A stretch of 20,000 bases of DNA from an uncultured virus (IMG/VR IMGVR_UViG_3300022516_000001) (IMGVR_UViG_3300022516_000001), one strand, 5' to 3'; positions 1-9,739 are shown, counted from the stretch's first letter. Notes: a model not told the origin generated them from the letters alone. Translations and numbers: made by a program.

Positions 1-666
1 ACCGCTTGTTATCTTTGTAAAAATATACAAGGTGCTAAATTTGCATTTGTACAGTCAGATGAAATTAGTATATTATTGACTGATTTTGATGATATTGCTA
101 CAGATGCTTGGTTTGATGGTAATATACAGAAAATGACAAGTGTTGCTGCAAGTATGGCAACAAATGCATTTAACATGGCAAGATTAAAAAGATACGTTAC
201 TGAAAATGCTTGCCCTGATACTTCATACTTTCCTACTTCACTGCAAAACGGTGCGGTATTTAGTGAAATACTAATTAAAGGAATTAAGTTTGCTGAATTT
301 GATGCTCGTGTATTTACAATTCCTTCAAAAACTGAAGTTGCTAACATGATAGTTTGGCGACAAAAAGATTGTGTAAGAAATAGTATTTCAAGTGTTGCCC
401 AAAGTCTTTACAGTCACAAAGAACTGGAAAATAAAAGTTCAAACGAACAACAAGAAATGATATTTCAAAAGGGTATTAATTGGAATGACTATGCACCTAA
501 GTTAAAAAGAGGTAGACTTATTATTAAACAGGAATTTGAAATTGAACCTGATAGAGATAAATTGAATAGTGCAGTAGCAATTCGTAGTCGTTGGGTAAGT
601 ACTGAATGTCCAATTTTTACTCAAGATATGGAATTTTTATATAATTTAATTCCAGATATGGAATAA
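1..666 (+). CDS. thg1: tRNA(His) guanylyltransferase Thg1-like protein, 5'-truncated by window edge
   Basis: Frame 1 is open from base 1 (TACYLCKNIQGAKFAFVQSDEISILL). Thg1 motifs QSDEIS, WFDGNIQKM, FDARVF, WRQKDCVRNSIS and GINWND are present. Confidence 0.92.
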   Translation, partial: TACYLCKNIQGAKFAFVQSDEISILLTDFDDIATDAWFDGNIQKMTSVAASMATNAFNMARLKRYVTENACPDTSYFPTSLQNGAVFSEILIKGIKFAEFDARVFTIPSKTEVANMIVWRQKDCVRNSISSVAQSLYSHKELENKSSNEQQEMIFQKGINWNDYAPKLKRGRLIIKQEFEIEPDRDKLNSAVAIRSRWVSTECPIFTQDMEFLYNLIPDME

Positions 667-691
667 CTATTAATAATTAAAACATAAAATC

Positions 692-2062
692 ATGTCAGTA
701 CTTTATTTAGCATTATTAGTTCCGATAATCGTAACTGCGATATTTTATTATTTTAAAAAACGTGAATTTACTTGGTGGGAATTTTTTATTCCAATTGGTT
801 CTGTCCTTGTTGCAATAATTATATCCAAATTAATTATTTCTTATTCAAGTGTTCATTTCACAGAATATTGGGGTTCAACAATTACTGCAATTTATGAAAA
901 TGAACCATATAATTATTGGAAAACAGAAACTTGTTCCAGACAAGTTCCTTGTGGAAGTGATAGTAAAGGTAATACAACATATTGCACAGAATATTATGAT
1001 TGTTCACATCAAGAAGATGTTGCACCTCATTGGTATGCTGTTACAGATATAGATGAAAGTTTTACTATTACTGAGAAACTACATGATGAACTTGTAAAAC
1101 AATTTGGAACTACTAAAACAATTGTTGGTTCTCATAAAAATTATGCACCAAATGATGAAGGTACTGGTTGTAGTGGAACTAAATTTGAAGGTAAACGTGT
1201 AGGTAATGTTTCATACAATTATCAAACAGTTTGGAGTGGTAATGACAATACCAGAAAAGCATATACAAGTATACATACTTATGTGAATAAAATTAAAGCC
1301 AGTGATTTATCTGTATTTAATATATCAGTTGTAAGTGAAAAGAAAGCAGATAGTCTTAAATTATTTAAATATCCTGAATATAATGGTGGTGGACTATTTT
1401 CTATGTCACAAGGTATGGATTATCCAACAATTTTAGGTACTAATATTAATAAAGAAACACAAGAAAAATTTAAAAGACTTAACGGTAAATTTGGTGTTAG
1501 CAATAAAATGCGACTTTGGGTGCTTATTTTTGAAAATAAGCCAGAAAAAATTGCTGAATATCAAGAAAATTATTGGGTGAAAGGTAATAAAAATGAACTT
1601 GTACTCTGTATAGGTAAAAAGGGAAATGAAATTCAATGGGCGCATTCATTTTCATGGGCAAATTCAAATGTATTAACTACAGCAGTAGCACATCAAGTAT
1701 TAAATCTTTATACTTATAAAGATAGCGTAATTAAAATGCAATTACCACCAGTTAATAATAAAATGTTTAGAAATAAATTAGGAAAATTAAAACAATTACC
1801 ACCAATATTTAAAGATACTACAATAAAAATTCAATCACCAAAATATCCAGTATTAACTGAAAAAACTTGGGATGACCTTTATCAATATCTTAATCAAAAT
1901 CTTAGTCAATTTAAGAAAAGAACATTTAAAGAATTTGATTATTTAACTGTTGAACCTTCAAGTACTGCAATTATTATTATATATATAATTGCATTTCTTA
2001 TTAGTATTGCTGTAAATTATTGGATAATAACGAATGATATATATGATATGAACGATGATTAA
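692..2062 (+). CDS. Phage membrane protein: 2 N-terminal TM, Cys-rich ectodomain, possible TPM-like region, C-terminal TM
   Basis: 456 aa ORF; hydrophobic stretches at both termini; TCSRQVPCG..CTEYYDC cluster; YWVKGNKNELVLCIG segment. Confidence 0.7.
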   Translation: MSVLYLALLVPIIVTAIFYYFKKREFTWWEFFIPIGSVLVAIIISKLIISYSSVHFTEYWGSTITAIYENEPYNYWKTETCSRQVPCGSDSKGNTTYCTEYYDCSHQEDVAPHWYAVTDIDESFTITEKLHDELVKQFGTTKTIVGSHKNYAPNDEGTGCSGTKFEGKRVGNVSYNYQTVWSGNDNTRKAYTSIHTYVNKIKASDLSVFNISVVSEKKADSLKLFKYPEYNGGGLFSMSQGMDYPTILGTNINKETQEKFKRLNGKFGVSNKMRLWVLIFENKPEKIAEYQENYWVKGNKNELVLCIGKKGNEIQWAHSFSWANSNVLTTAVAHQVLNLYTYKDSVIKMQLPPVNNKMFRNKLGKLKQLPPIFKDTTIKIQSPKYPVLTEKTWDDLYQYLNQNLSQFKKRTFKEFDYLTVEPSSTAIIIIYIIAFLISIAVNYWIITNDIYDMNDD

Positions 2063-2080
2063 AATAATAATATTTTTTAA

Positions 2081-2111
2081 TTGTTTATTATTTTTATAAT
2101 GTTTATATTTG
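2081..2111 (+). promoter_or_regulatory. Bacteroidota-type housekeeping promoter (TTG...TAnnTTTG)
   Basis: TATATTTG at 2104-2111, TTGT at 2081; favours ATG 2133 over TTG 2109 as the start. Confidence 0.55.
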
Positions 2112-2132
2112 ACAATTAAAAATATTATATAT

Positions 2133-4058
2133 ATGAATAAAGATTTTTTTAATCAAATCAAAGAGAAAAGAGAAAAACTCGAAGAAATTAAAATAAAATT
2201 AAAAGAAAAATTTATTGGAATCGATAATGTTATTGACAAAATAATCGATTATATTTCCCTCTGGTATTTAATGCCAAATATTCAATTCAGACCACTTATA
2301 ATTTCATTATGGGGTATAACTGGTGTTGGTAAAACTGATTTAGTTAGAACTCTTGTGAGCTTATTAAAATTTACTGATAAGTTCATTGAAATTCAAATGG
2401 ATATGAAAAACGATTACATGAAAAACATTGAAAGTTTTTTAGAAAGTGGTGGTATTGATACAAAAGAACCTGCAGTATTATTACTCGATGAAATTCAACG
2501 TTATCGTACTTTAGATGAAAACGGAAAAATGCTTGAAAACAAGTATTTTAATGATGTTTGGACATTACTTTCAGATGGTAGGTTTCAAAATAATTCTGAA
2601 CGTAAAGTTCAAATTATGGAAATGCTTTTTGATGAAATGTATTGGCTTGATGCAAGAGATAATGAGGAAGAACCAAAAGATATTGAATCAAAAAAAGATG
2701 AACAATCTAATAAAATTAAAGTTTTAAAAAAACGTAGATTTAAAACCTCACATTGGACAGCAAGTAGAATAAAGAAAACTCTTAATTTAAATAATACTAT
2801 TGAAGAAATAATGGAAATGGATGCAGAAGAAAGAATATTTCTGGTTCAAAATAGTTTAAAAGCTGATAATATTAATGAAGGTAAATCATATGAAAAACTT
2901 TTAATTTTTATTTCTGGAAACTTAGATAGTGCATTCAAAATGTCGGATGAAGTTGATGATAGCGATACTGATGCTGATGTATATCATGAATTATCAAAAA
3001 GAGTTAATATTATTAATATTAAACAAGCATTATCACATCAATTTAAACCAGAACAAATTGCTCGTTTTGGAAATAATCATGTAATATATCCATGTTTAGA
3101 TAAAAAATCATATTATACAATCATTAAAATGAATTGTCAAAAAATTCTTGATAAAGTAAAAAATGAGCATAATATAGATATTAAATTATCTAATGATATA
3201 TATGATATAATATATAGAAATGGTGTTTTTCCAACACAAGGTGTAAGACCAGCAATTTCAACAGTATTTAATATACTTGGAAGTAATTTACCGTATTTTA
3301 TATATAATGCTTTTTGTGAAAACGTTAATGAGTTATATATTGAATATGAAAATAATAATTTATTTGTAAATATTAATAAAAAAATATATGAAAAAGAAAT
3401 TGTTTTAGAAATTGACAATATTCATAAAAATAAATCTGTTGATGAAAGAATATTATATATTATACATGAAATTGGACATGCTATACTTTATTGTTTACTA
3501 TTTGATACACCGCCAAAACAAATAAATATCAATGCTGCTGGTTTTAGTAAAGGTTTTATTATCGAACATGAATCAATTGATAATAGAACATTTTTAAGAA
3601 ATCAAATAGCAATATTATTAGCTGGTTTTATTGCCGAAGAAATGGTTTTTGGTGAGGAATTTAAATCTACTGGTGCATTTGCTGATATTATAAATGCAAC
3701 AGATATTGCAGCAAGATATGTTAGACATTATGCTATGGATGGAACTATTTCTAATATATTAAAAAAAGAAGTAGATACATATTACGAATCAAATTATGAT
3801 GTTGAAAAAACTAATGATATTATTGAAAATATATTAGGTGAAGAAAAGAAAAGAGCAAGAGATTTATTAAATAAACACATTACTTTATATAAAATAATTG
3901 TAAAACATTGTATTGATAATAATGATATTTCAATTGTCAATTTTTTACAATTATGTAATGAAAATGGATTAAATTTAATACAAAAAGAAATTAATGATAA
4001 ATTAATTTATTCATATGATGAAAAAGTTCAACATTTTTTAAATTTAAAAAAATTGTAA
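2133..4058 (+). CDS. Soluble AAA+ ATPase fused to FtsH-type M41 zinc metalloprotease domain
   Basis: Walker A GITGVGKT, Walker B LLLDEIQR, FKPEQIARFG, QGVRP; protease motifs HEIGHA, LLAGFIAEEMVFG, STGAFADI; no TM segment. Confidence 0.85.
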   Translation: MNKDFFNQIKEKREKLEEIKIKLKEKFIGIDNVIDKIIDYISLWYLMPNIQFRPLIISLWGITGVGKTDLVRTLVSLLKFTDKFIEIQMDMKNDYMKNIESFLESGGIDTKEPAVLLLDEIQRYRTLDENGKMLENKYFNDVWTLLSDGRFQNNSERKVQIMEMLFDEMYWLDARDNEEEPKDIESKKDEQSNKIKVLKKRRFKTSHWTASRIKKTLNLNNTIEEIMEMDAEERIFLVQNSLKADNINEGKSYEKLLIFISGNLDSAFKMSDEVDDSDTDADVYHELSKRVNIINIKQALSHQFKPEQIARFGNNHVIYPCLDKKSYYTIIKMNCQKILDKVKNEHNIDIKLSNDIYDIIYRNGVFPTQGVRPAISTVFNILGSNLPYFIYNAFCENVNELYIEYENNNLFVNINKKIYEKEIVLEIDNIHKNKSVDERILYIIHEIGHAILYCLLFDTPPKQININAAGFSKGFIIEHESIDNRTFLRNQIAILLAGFIAEEMVFGEEFKSTGAFADIINATDIAARYVRHYAMDGTISNILKKEVDTYYESNYDVEKTNDIIENILGEEKKRARDLLNKHITLYKIIVKHCIDNNDISIVNFLQLCNENGLNLIQKEINDKLIYSYDEKVQHFLNLKKL

Positions 4059-4060
4059 AA

Positions 4061-4087
4061 TATTTTCCTTAATTTTAAAGGAAAATA
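4061..4087. terminator. Hairpin after protease gene, possible terminator
   Basis: TATTTTCCTT (4061-4070) / AAGGAAAATA (4078-4087), perfect 10-bp inverted repeat; no clear U-tract on +. Confidence 0.35.
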
Positions 4088-4140
4088 ACATCATAAATTT
4101 TATATTAATATAAATTTAACACTTCTTTCTTTTTAAAAAA

Positions 4141-4149
4141 GTATTTATA
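4141..4149 (+). promoter_or_regulatory. GTATTTATA putative phage promoter motif
   Basis: 14 nt upstream of ATG 4164; the same core lies upstream of starts at 7863(-), 12448(-), 16664(-) and 18429(+). Confidence 0.5.
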
Positions 4150-4163
4150 ATAAAGTCTTTATT

Positions 4164-4445
4164 ATGAATGCCGTATCATCAATTATTGCAAATGTTAGTT
4201 TAAAGAAAATAGTGGAACTAATGGCTGTTTATATTCATGAACAAGCGTTAGAAATTCGAAAAGAAAATAACATTGAAGACGGACATATAAAAATATATTC
4301 CGATTATGTAATTTATCCAACAAATAATAACGAATATTATGCATTTCATTATGTGGTTTATATTGATAATCAAAGTGAAAGGTTTTTTATAGTATCTTGG
4401 ACTCCTTCTACAGAGGATGAATTCTTAGATTCAATAAAATATTAA
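4164..4445 (+). CDS. Hypothetical protein
   Basis: 93 aa ORF with upstream motif; no recognised domain. Confidence 0.7.
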   Translation: MNAVSSIIANVSLKKIVELMAVYIHEQALEIRKENNIEDGHIKIYSDYVIYPTNNNEYYAFHYVVYIDNQSERFFIVSWTPSTEDEFLDSIKY

Positions 4446-4470
4446 TTAAATTTAATTTTTTTTCGTAATA

Positions 4471-4504
4471 TTGCATTGTTATTTACAATTTTTGTATATC
4501 TTTG
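4471..4504 (+). promoter_or_regulatory. Bacteroidota-type promoter
   Basis: TTGC at 4471, TATCTTTG at 4497-4504. Confidence 0.6.
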
Positions 4505-4540
4505 TATCATTAATTATAAAAAATAAGTTGAAATAATAAT

Positions 4541-4759
4541 ATGAGTTTTAAAGGTAAAATATATAAGCAATGTCCTGAATGTGAAGGTTATGGCAAAAAA
4601 ATAAATTACTTTGATTTACCAAACCCAATAGATATTGGAATAATCTCATTACATATAATGGAGATAAAAACTGAAAGAAAAACAAAAGCGGGAAGAAATT
4701 ATTTAGAAAAAGAATTATGTGAAATGTGTGATGGTGTTGGAATGTGTTGGCAATTTTAA
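4541..4759 (+). CDS. Small zinc-finger protein with DnaJ-type CxxCxGxG pair
   Basis: CPECEGYG and CEMCDGVG in 72 aa. Confidence 0.75.
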   Translation: MSFKGKIYKQCPECEGYGKKINYFDLPNPIDIGIISLHIMEIKTERKTKAGRNYLEKELCEMCDGVGMCWQF

Positions 4760-4784
4760 TAATAAGCTATAATTAAAAAATAAT

Positions 4785-5354
4785 ATGGAAGAAGAAAAAT
4801 TACTTGAATATAAAATGTATTTCTTCACAATTTACCAACTTACTGGTATTCAGGCTGGTATACAATGTGGTCATGCAGCACTTGAATATGCTAATAAATA
4901 TGGGAGTGATGAAGAATTTATCATTTTTGTAAGAAATTGGAAAACTTGGATTATCTTAAATGGTGGTACTACAAATGAACGTAGAGATATTGAAGGTATT
5001 GTTATGGGTAGTTTAAATCAAATTGCTGATGATTTACAACAAAACGATATACAATTTTCTTATTTTCAAGAACCAGACCTTAATGATGCACTTACTGCAT
5101 TGTGTTTTATCGTAGATGAACGAGTATTTAACAGAAAAGATTATCCAGATTTTGTGGATTATATTCTTGATATTAAAATGTATCCCGAAGCAAAAGAAGC
5201 AGCACCTGCAGAAAATATAATTATGCTTAAAACACAAAGCATGGAAAAACTACAAGAAATGTTTCCAGAATATTATAAAGAATGGGTACGCTTCATTGGT
5301 GGGATTAAGAACGTATTCTTACGTGAATTAATTAGAGATAAAAAACTAGCATGA
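4785..5354 (+). CDS. Peptidyl-tRNA hydrolase PTH2-like phage protein
   Basis: QAGIQCGHAALEY, WKTWIILNGG and FQEPDLNDALTALCF motifs. Confidence 0.75.
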   Translation: MEEEKLLEYKMYFFTIYQLTGIQAGIQCGHAALEYANKYGSDEEFIIFVRNWKTWIILNGGTTNERRDIEGIVMGSLNQIADDLQQNDIQFSYFQEPDLNDALTALCFIVDERVFNRKDYPDFVDYILDIKMYPEAKEAAPAENIIMLKTQSMEKLQEMFPEYYKEWVRFIGGIKNVFLRELIRDKKLA

Positions 5355-5355
5355 T

Positions 5356-5943
5356 ATGATACGTAAAATTTTAAATTTACCTAATAAAACACAAAAAGCA
5401 TTTCTTCAGAATAATAAAGAAATTGTTTTGAAGAAATGTGATGTTATTGCACGTAAAGAAATTGAAGAACAGCAAGATAATAAACTTTTTCATGATGGTC
5501 AGTGTCCAATATGTAAAAGTAGAAAAAATATTATAAATCGAATTGTTTGTGTTCAAAATACTGGCAATATTAATATTAAAATAAGTTTTATTAATATCAA
5601 AGGTATTATGATAATAAATACACGTGAAATAAACCATTGTAATTCATGTAGTAATGAATGGGAAAAATATAAAACCAAACCAATATCTCAAACTAATATA
5701 TTATATATTGCTTTTAAATATTTAAAAGATATTTTAAATAATCCGGAAAATAAACGTGATTGGAAAATGGAAACCATACAGGTTTTTGAAAATTCATATG
5801 CAGAAACCCTATATGAACTTAATAAATGGATAAGAACTGATATAAAATTATCTGTTTTAAGACAACATTATAAATCGATTTATGATAAATCAAGATTTCC
5901 ACAAGTTTCTCAATCATTTATTGATAAATATATTAAAGAATAA
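5356..5943 (+). CDS. Hypothetical protein with zinc ribbon
   Basis: CPIC ... CNSCSNEW pair; starts immediately after the previous stop. Confidence 0.7.
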   Translation: MIRKILNLPNKTQKAFLQNNKEIVLKKCDVIARKEIEEQQDNKLFHDGQCPICKSRKNIINRIVCVQNTGNINIKISFINIKGIMIINTREINHCNSCSNEWEKYKTKPISQTNILYIAFKYLKDILNNPENKRDWKMETIQVFENSYAETLYELNKWIRTDIKLSVLRQHYKSIYDKSRFPQVSQSFIDKYIKE

Positions 5944-5962
5944 AAAAAGATTTTAAAAAATT

Positions 5963-6337
5963 ATGAAATATCCATTTGAATTTAGTGAATTATTATTAAC
6001 TGATATACTTCTTAAAGAATTTGGATTTATAAATTGGTCTGATGATTGTGGAGATTCTAATCATTCTTCAATAACACTTGCAAGAGTAAAAATTGAAATT
6101 CATAAAACAGATGAATTAAGTGATGGCGGTGTAGGAAGTTATGCAAAACCAGAATATTCTTCTGCTCATTTTACTAATAAAGATTTTCATCCAATGTATT
6201 TTCTTCATGATTTATATGAATATATTATATCATTTAATAATGAAGAAGTTATTTTAGAATTTTTAGAATTATGTAAAAAAAATAATACATATGTTTATAT
6301 TGAATCATATATTAATTATATGACAACAAAAAAATAA
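5963..6337 (+). CDS. Hypothetical protein
   Basis: 124 aa ORF, AAAAAATTATG leader. Confidence 0.7.
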   Translation: MKYPFEFSELLLTDILLKEFGFINWSDDCGDSNHSSITLARVKIEIHKTDELSDGGVGSYAKPEYSSAHFTNKDFHPMYFLHDLYEYIISFNNEEVILEFLELCKKNNTYVYIESYINYMTTKK

Positions 6338-6362
6338 CCTTTAAAGCAGATTCAAATGAAAA

Positions 6363-6860
6363 GTGAAGAAAAAATTAACAAAATTTAATAATTTATCTCA
6401 TAGAGATTTATGTGTTAAAGCTGCTAAATATCTTAGATATACTGGAATTCATTCATTTCATAAATGTCAATATGTTGTATGTGAATTAGACCGTGTTGGT
6501 GAATGTCCAGATGCATTTGGAATTTCAAGTCGTTCAACACAATTAATTGAAGTTAAAATGTCTCGTTCTGATTTTCTTGTAGATAAGAAAAAATATTGGC
6601 GAAAATATCCTGAACTAGGACTAGGCGAATTTAGAAGTTATATGTGTCCAATTGGAATTATAAAAGAAAATGATTTACCTGAAAAATGGGGACTTCTTTA
6701 TGTCTCAAATGAAGGTAAAATAACTATAATTAAAAATCCTGAAATACAATCTAATAACTATAAAGAAGAACGTTGTATTTTATTATCTCTTTTAAGAAGA
6801 GAGGGTATTATGCCTAGAGTTTTTAGTTATAGGAAATATAAAATAGATATTGTTTCTTAA
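6363..6860 (+). CDS. MmcB-like PD-(D/E)XK nuclease
   Basis: ECPDAFG ... LIEVKMSRSDFLVDKKK ... DLPEKWGLL; GTG start uncertain. Confidence 0.7.
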   Translation: MKKKLTKFNNLSHRDLCVKAAKYLRYTGIHSFHKCQYVVCELDRVGECPDAFGISSRSTQLIEVKMSRSDFLVDKKKYWRKYPELGLGEFRSYMCPIGIIKENDLPEKWGLLYVSNEGKITIIKNPEIQSNNYKEERCILLSLLRREGIMPRVFSYRKYKIDIVS

Positions 6861-6872
6861 AAGAATTATTAA

Positions 6873-7718
6873 TTATAATTTAATTATATACCAATCCTTA
6901 TACTTTCCTTTATTAATTTTTATATTATATTTGTACGTATTACAAAAAGATTCTCTAGGTAATTTTAACTTTTTTAATTCTTTTTTAATATTACTTTTGA
7001 ATTTATAAATTAATTCATTATTTTGATTATAAATTTCATAATTATTAGAATGTGCCATACTCATTTTCTGTTTAGCTTCTTCAGAAAATTTTTTTCCTAA
7101 TTGAGCAATACTCATTTTTTTCTTAATTTCATCACTAAATTTCATTCCCAAGTTTCTACCCTTACTTGCGATACACATTTTTAATATTGATTCTTTAGTA
7201 TGTTTTTTTCCTAACTGAGCCATTCTCATTTTTTGTTTGGTTTCATCAGAACGTTTTTGTCCTCTATTTTTATTAGCAACCAATAATATACTTTCTTTTG
7301 TGTGTTTTCTACCCTTACTTGCAATACTTAATTTTTGTTTGGTTTCATCAGAATGATGTTTACCCAACCAATATTTATTATCTTTCATAAATATACGCAT
7401 TCTTTCCCTAAATTTTTCATTAAATTTAAAATGGTCACCACCATCTGTTAAATTCATACCATTTTTAGTGTCAAAACAATTAAATTGTTTAATATAATAT
7501 TTTTCTAATTCATTAAGTTTCGATTCTTCGCATTCACAAATTATTTCAAATTCATGGGCATTCCAACCATATTTTATGATTGAATTATATAATTTAGGTT
7601 GTCTTTTACATTTTGTACTTTTATATGAATTTAATCTACGATTTATATCAACAGACTGACCAATATAAATCTTTCCAGTAGGTGAAGTTATTTTATAAAT
7701 TCCGCATATTTTATTCAT
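6873..7718 (-). CDS. Free-standing GIY-YIG homing endonuclease with NUMOD3 repeats (copy 1)
   Basis: CGIYKITSPTGKIYIGQS, catalytic RR...LEKYYI...GMN; about six GKKHSxETKxKMS-type repeats; C-terminal NUMOD1-like tail. Confidence 0.93.
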   Translation of the reverse strand: MNKICGIYKITSPTGKIYIGQSVDINRRLNSYKSTKCKRQPKLYNSIIKYGWNAHEFEIICECEESKLNELEKYYIKQFNCFDTKNGMNLTDGGDHFKFNEKFRERMRIFMKDNKYWLGKHHSDETKQKLSIASKGRKHTKESILLVANKNRGQKRSDETKQKMRMAQLGKKHTKESILKMCIASKGRNLGMKFSDEIKKKMSIAQLGKKFSEEAKQKMSMAHSNNYEIYNQNNELIYKFKSNIKKELKKLKLPRESFCNTYKYNIKINKGKYKDWYIIKL

Positions 7719-7863
7719 TATTTAAATTATTTTTCATATCTTTGGTTATTAAATCTAAAATTAGTTGTGTAACGGTAGTAAATTCAGTCTTAGCTTTCTT
7801 TCTAAGATATACTAATTGTTTAGAATGAATTCTGAATGTGTAAAAAATTTTATTTTCTTTCAT
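7711..7863 (-). CDS. 50-aa ribbon-helix-helix-like DNA-binding protein (not in ORF track)
   Basis: MKENKIFYTFRIHSKQLVYLRKKAKTEFTTVTQLILDLITKDMKNNLNNE; alternating beta strand YTFRI followed by two helices; stop overlaps endonuclease ATG (ATGAATAA); paralog at 12296-12448. Confidence 0.8.
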   Translation of the reverse strand: MKENKIFYTFRIHSKQLVYLRKKAKTEFTTVTQLILDLITKDMKNNLNNE

Positions 7864-7867
7864 ATTG

Positions 7868-7900
7868 TCTACATATTATGTAGATAAATACTGTATTTAT
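7868..7900 (-). promoter_or_regulatory. Putative operator palindrome plus GTATTTAT promoter motif
   Basis: TCTACATA-T-TATGTAGA (7868-7884) and ATAAATAC-T-GTATTTAT (7884-7900), both perfect inverted repeats. Confidence 0.5.
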
Positions 7901-7930
7901 TTAAAAAATTTCTATATTTGTAAAAAATAA

Positions 7931-7962
7931 TTGCGTTAAAAGAAAAATAATAATTATCTTTG
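7931..7962 (+). promoter_or_regulatory. Bacteroidota-type promoter
   Basis: TTGC at 7931, TATCTTTG at 7955-7962, 20 nt before ATG 7983. Confidence 0.65.
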
Positions 7963-7982
7963 TATTATAAATTATAAAAATT

Positions 7983-8546
7983 ATGAAAGATAAAACAATT
8001 TGGAATTACTTTAATGAAAGTATTGACTATCCATCAGAAGTGGCACATAATCCAATTCCTTATGGAACTATTTGGTGTTATATATCTTCAACATTTTTAA
8101 ATGAATTTATTAATTATGTTAATCCGATTAAGTGTTATTTAATCGATAGATATACACCAGATGATGAAAAAGTCGATGATAATCATACAAAAGGTGAATT
8201 AAAAGATAAAATTTTATTAGGTAAAAACGAAATGTTTCATACTGAATTAAATTGTTTTAGAGATGATATTGTTATTCTTGCTGAAATTGAAGCAGAAAAT
8301 TATGATTCTAATAATAAACCAAATAAATTTATGTTTTTTTATTTCGATGAAGATGTTTCGGATTGTTGTGTTGGTAAATTTAAAACTAATGATTCAAAAG
8401 AAGAAGTTATTCAATCAATAATTAATTGGTTAGAAAGAGAAAAATTAAATAATATAGGTGAAATAGTTAAAGAACATACTGAGAGTGGAATTATTAATTA
8501 TATTGAACTTCCATTATCTTTTATTAATGGTTGGGTTAAATTTTAA
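7983..8546 (+). CDS. Hypothetical protein
   Basis: 187 aa acidic ORF with promoter and A-rich leader. Confidence 0.75.
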   Translation: MKDKTIWNYFNESIDYPSEVAHNPIPYGTIWCYISSTFLNEFINYVNPIKCYLIDRYTPDDEKVDDNHTKGELKDKILLGKNEMFHTELNCFRDDIVILAEIEAENYDSNNKPNKFMFFYFDEDVSDCCVGKFKTNDSKEEVIQSIINWLEREKLNNIGEIVKEHTESGIINYIELPLSFINGWVKF

Positions 8547-8549
8547 TTT

Positions 8550-9143
8550 ATGAATAAGCCTATATTTAATAATGTTCCTAATGAACATCTAATAATTAAA
8601 CATAAATCAAATCAAGGTATTATAAATCTTGATTATTGGATAAGTAGGTCTATTGCAACAGTTGGAGTTGTATTAATTATTCCATTAGTTGGTGGAATGC
8701 ATGTACTTATTACCCAAAGGTCAAATAAAATGCGTGATGAAAAAAATAAATATTGCTTACCGTATGGTTATGTTGACTTTAATGAAAATATTTTTGAATC
8801 AATGATAAGAGAAGTATATGAAGAAACCAGTTTATATCTTCCAGATTATAATGACTTACTAATCACAAATAATAATGAAAAACCTATAGAAATCAGAGAT
8901 AATCCGGGCAATCATCGCCAAAATGTTTCATTTATATATCTTTCAGTATATGATTTTCATGAACATCTTGAAAGACTTCCAATTTATGTTGAAAATTATT
9001 CAAATAATGAAACAAAATTAGCTCAATGGATATCAATTTCAGATTTTTATTGTAAATATGATAAAAAACTTAATTGGGCATTTAATCATAATGAAACAAT
9101 AAAAAAAGCAATCGAATTTTATCAAAGTAATTATATAAAATGA
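8550..9143 (+). CDS. Nudix hydrolase
   Basis: Nudix box GYVDFNENIFESMIREVYEETSL; VLITQRS, QNVS, WAFNH. Confidence 0.9.
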   Translation: MNKPIFNNVPNEHLIIKHKSNQGIINLDYWISRSIATVGVVLIIPLVGGMHVLITQRSNKMRDEKNKYCLPYGYVDFNENIFESMIREVYEETSLYLPDYNDLLITNNNEKPIEIRDNPGNHRQNVSFIYLSVYDFHEHLERLPIYVENYSNNETKLAQWISISDFYCKYDKKLNWAFNHNETIKKAIEFYQSNYIK

Positions 9144-9150
9144 TTGAAAT

Positions 9151-9318
9151 ATGAAAATACATTATGCTACTGCAATAAATGGAAATGAAAGTGATACAGA
9201 AACTTATTATTCGTTAACAGCTTGTGGAATGGAATTTTATGAAGAATGGACATCTATTAAAGAAGCCGTAACATGTAAAAAGTGTTTAAAAAAATTAAAA
9301 ATTACATCTGAAAATTAA
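9151..9318 (+). CDS. 55-aa His/Cys zinc-binding protein (not in ORF track)
   Basis: MKIHYA...TACG...VTCKKCLKK; fills the gap between neighbouring genes. Confidence 0.7.
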   Translation: MKIHYATAINGNESDTETYYSLTACGMEFYEEWTSIKEAVTCKKCLKKLKITSEN

Positions 9319-9328
9319 TAGTTAAAAT

Positions 9329-9739
9329 ATGAAAAGCAATGAAAAATTATTAAATGAAGCATATCAAAGACTTTGGGATGCAATGAATGAATTAAAAATA
9401 ATTTTAATTAAAAAAGAAACAATAAAAGAATTTCCAATAACTGAAAAAACTTTATTATCTTTAGGTTTTGAAAGAGAAGATGTTTCTGCAGAAGAATCTG
9501 GAAACACACCTTATTATTATTTTGTATATAATCTAAAAAATGAAAGAGCAATACTGATTTCATGTGCAAATGATGAATGTAAAGATAATACTGATAGTGA
9601 TGTTTATGACCATATTGATTATGATAGTAGATGTAATAATTATACTGTTGAATTCTTTAATGAAGAAGATGCTGGATATATCGATAATGCAAATGTATTG
9701 GAAAGTTTAATTAGTGCTTTAAAATGTCTTAAAAAATAA
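9329..9739 (+). CDS. Hypothetical protein
   Basis: 136 aa; PITEKTLLSLGF motif. Confidence 0.7.
   Translation: MKSNEKLLNEAYQRLWDAMNELKIILIKKETIKEFPITEKTLLSLGFEREDVSAEESGNTPYYYFVYNLKNERAILISCANDECKDNTDSDVYDHIDYDSRCNNYTVEFFNEEDAGYIDNANVLESLISALKCLKK

Noticed and set aside
7150..7355. Direct DNA repeats inside GIY-YIG copy 1
   Set aside because: Explained by NUMOD3 protein repeats.
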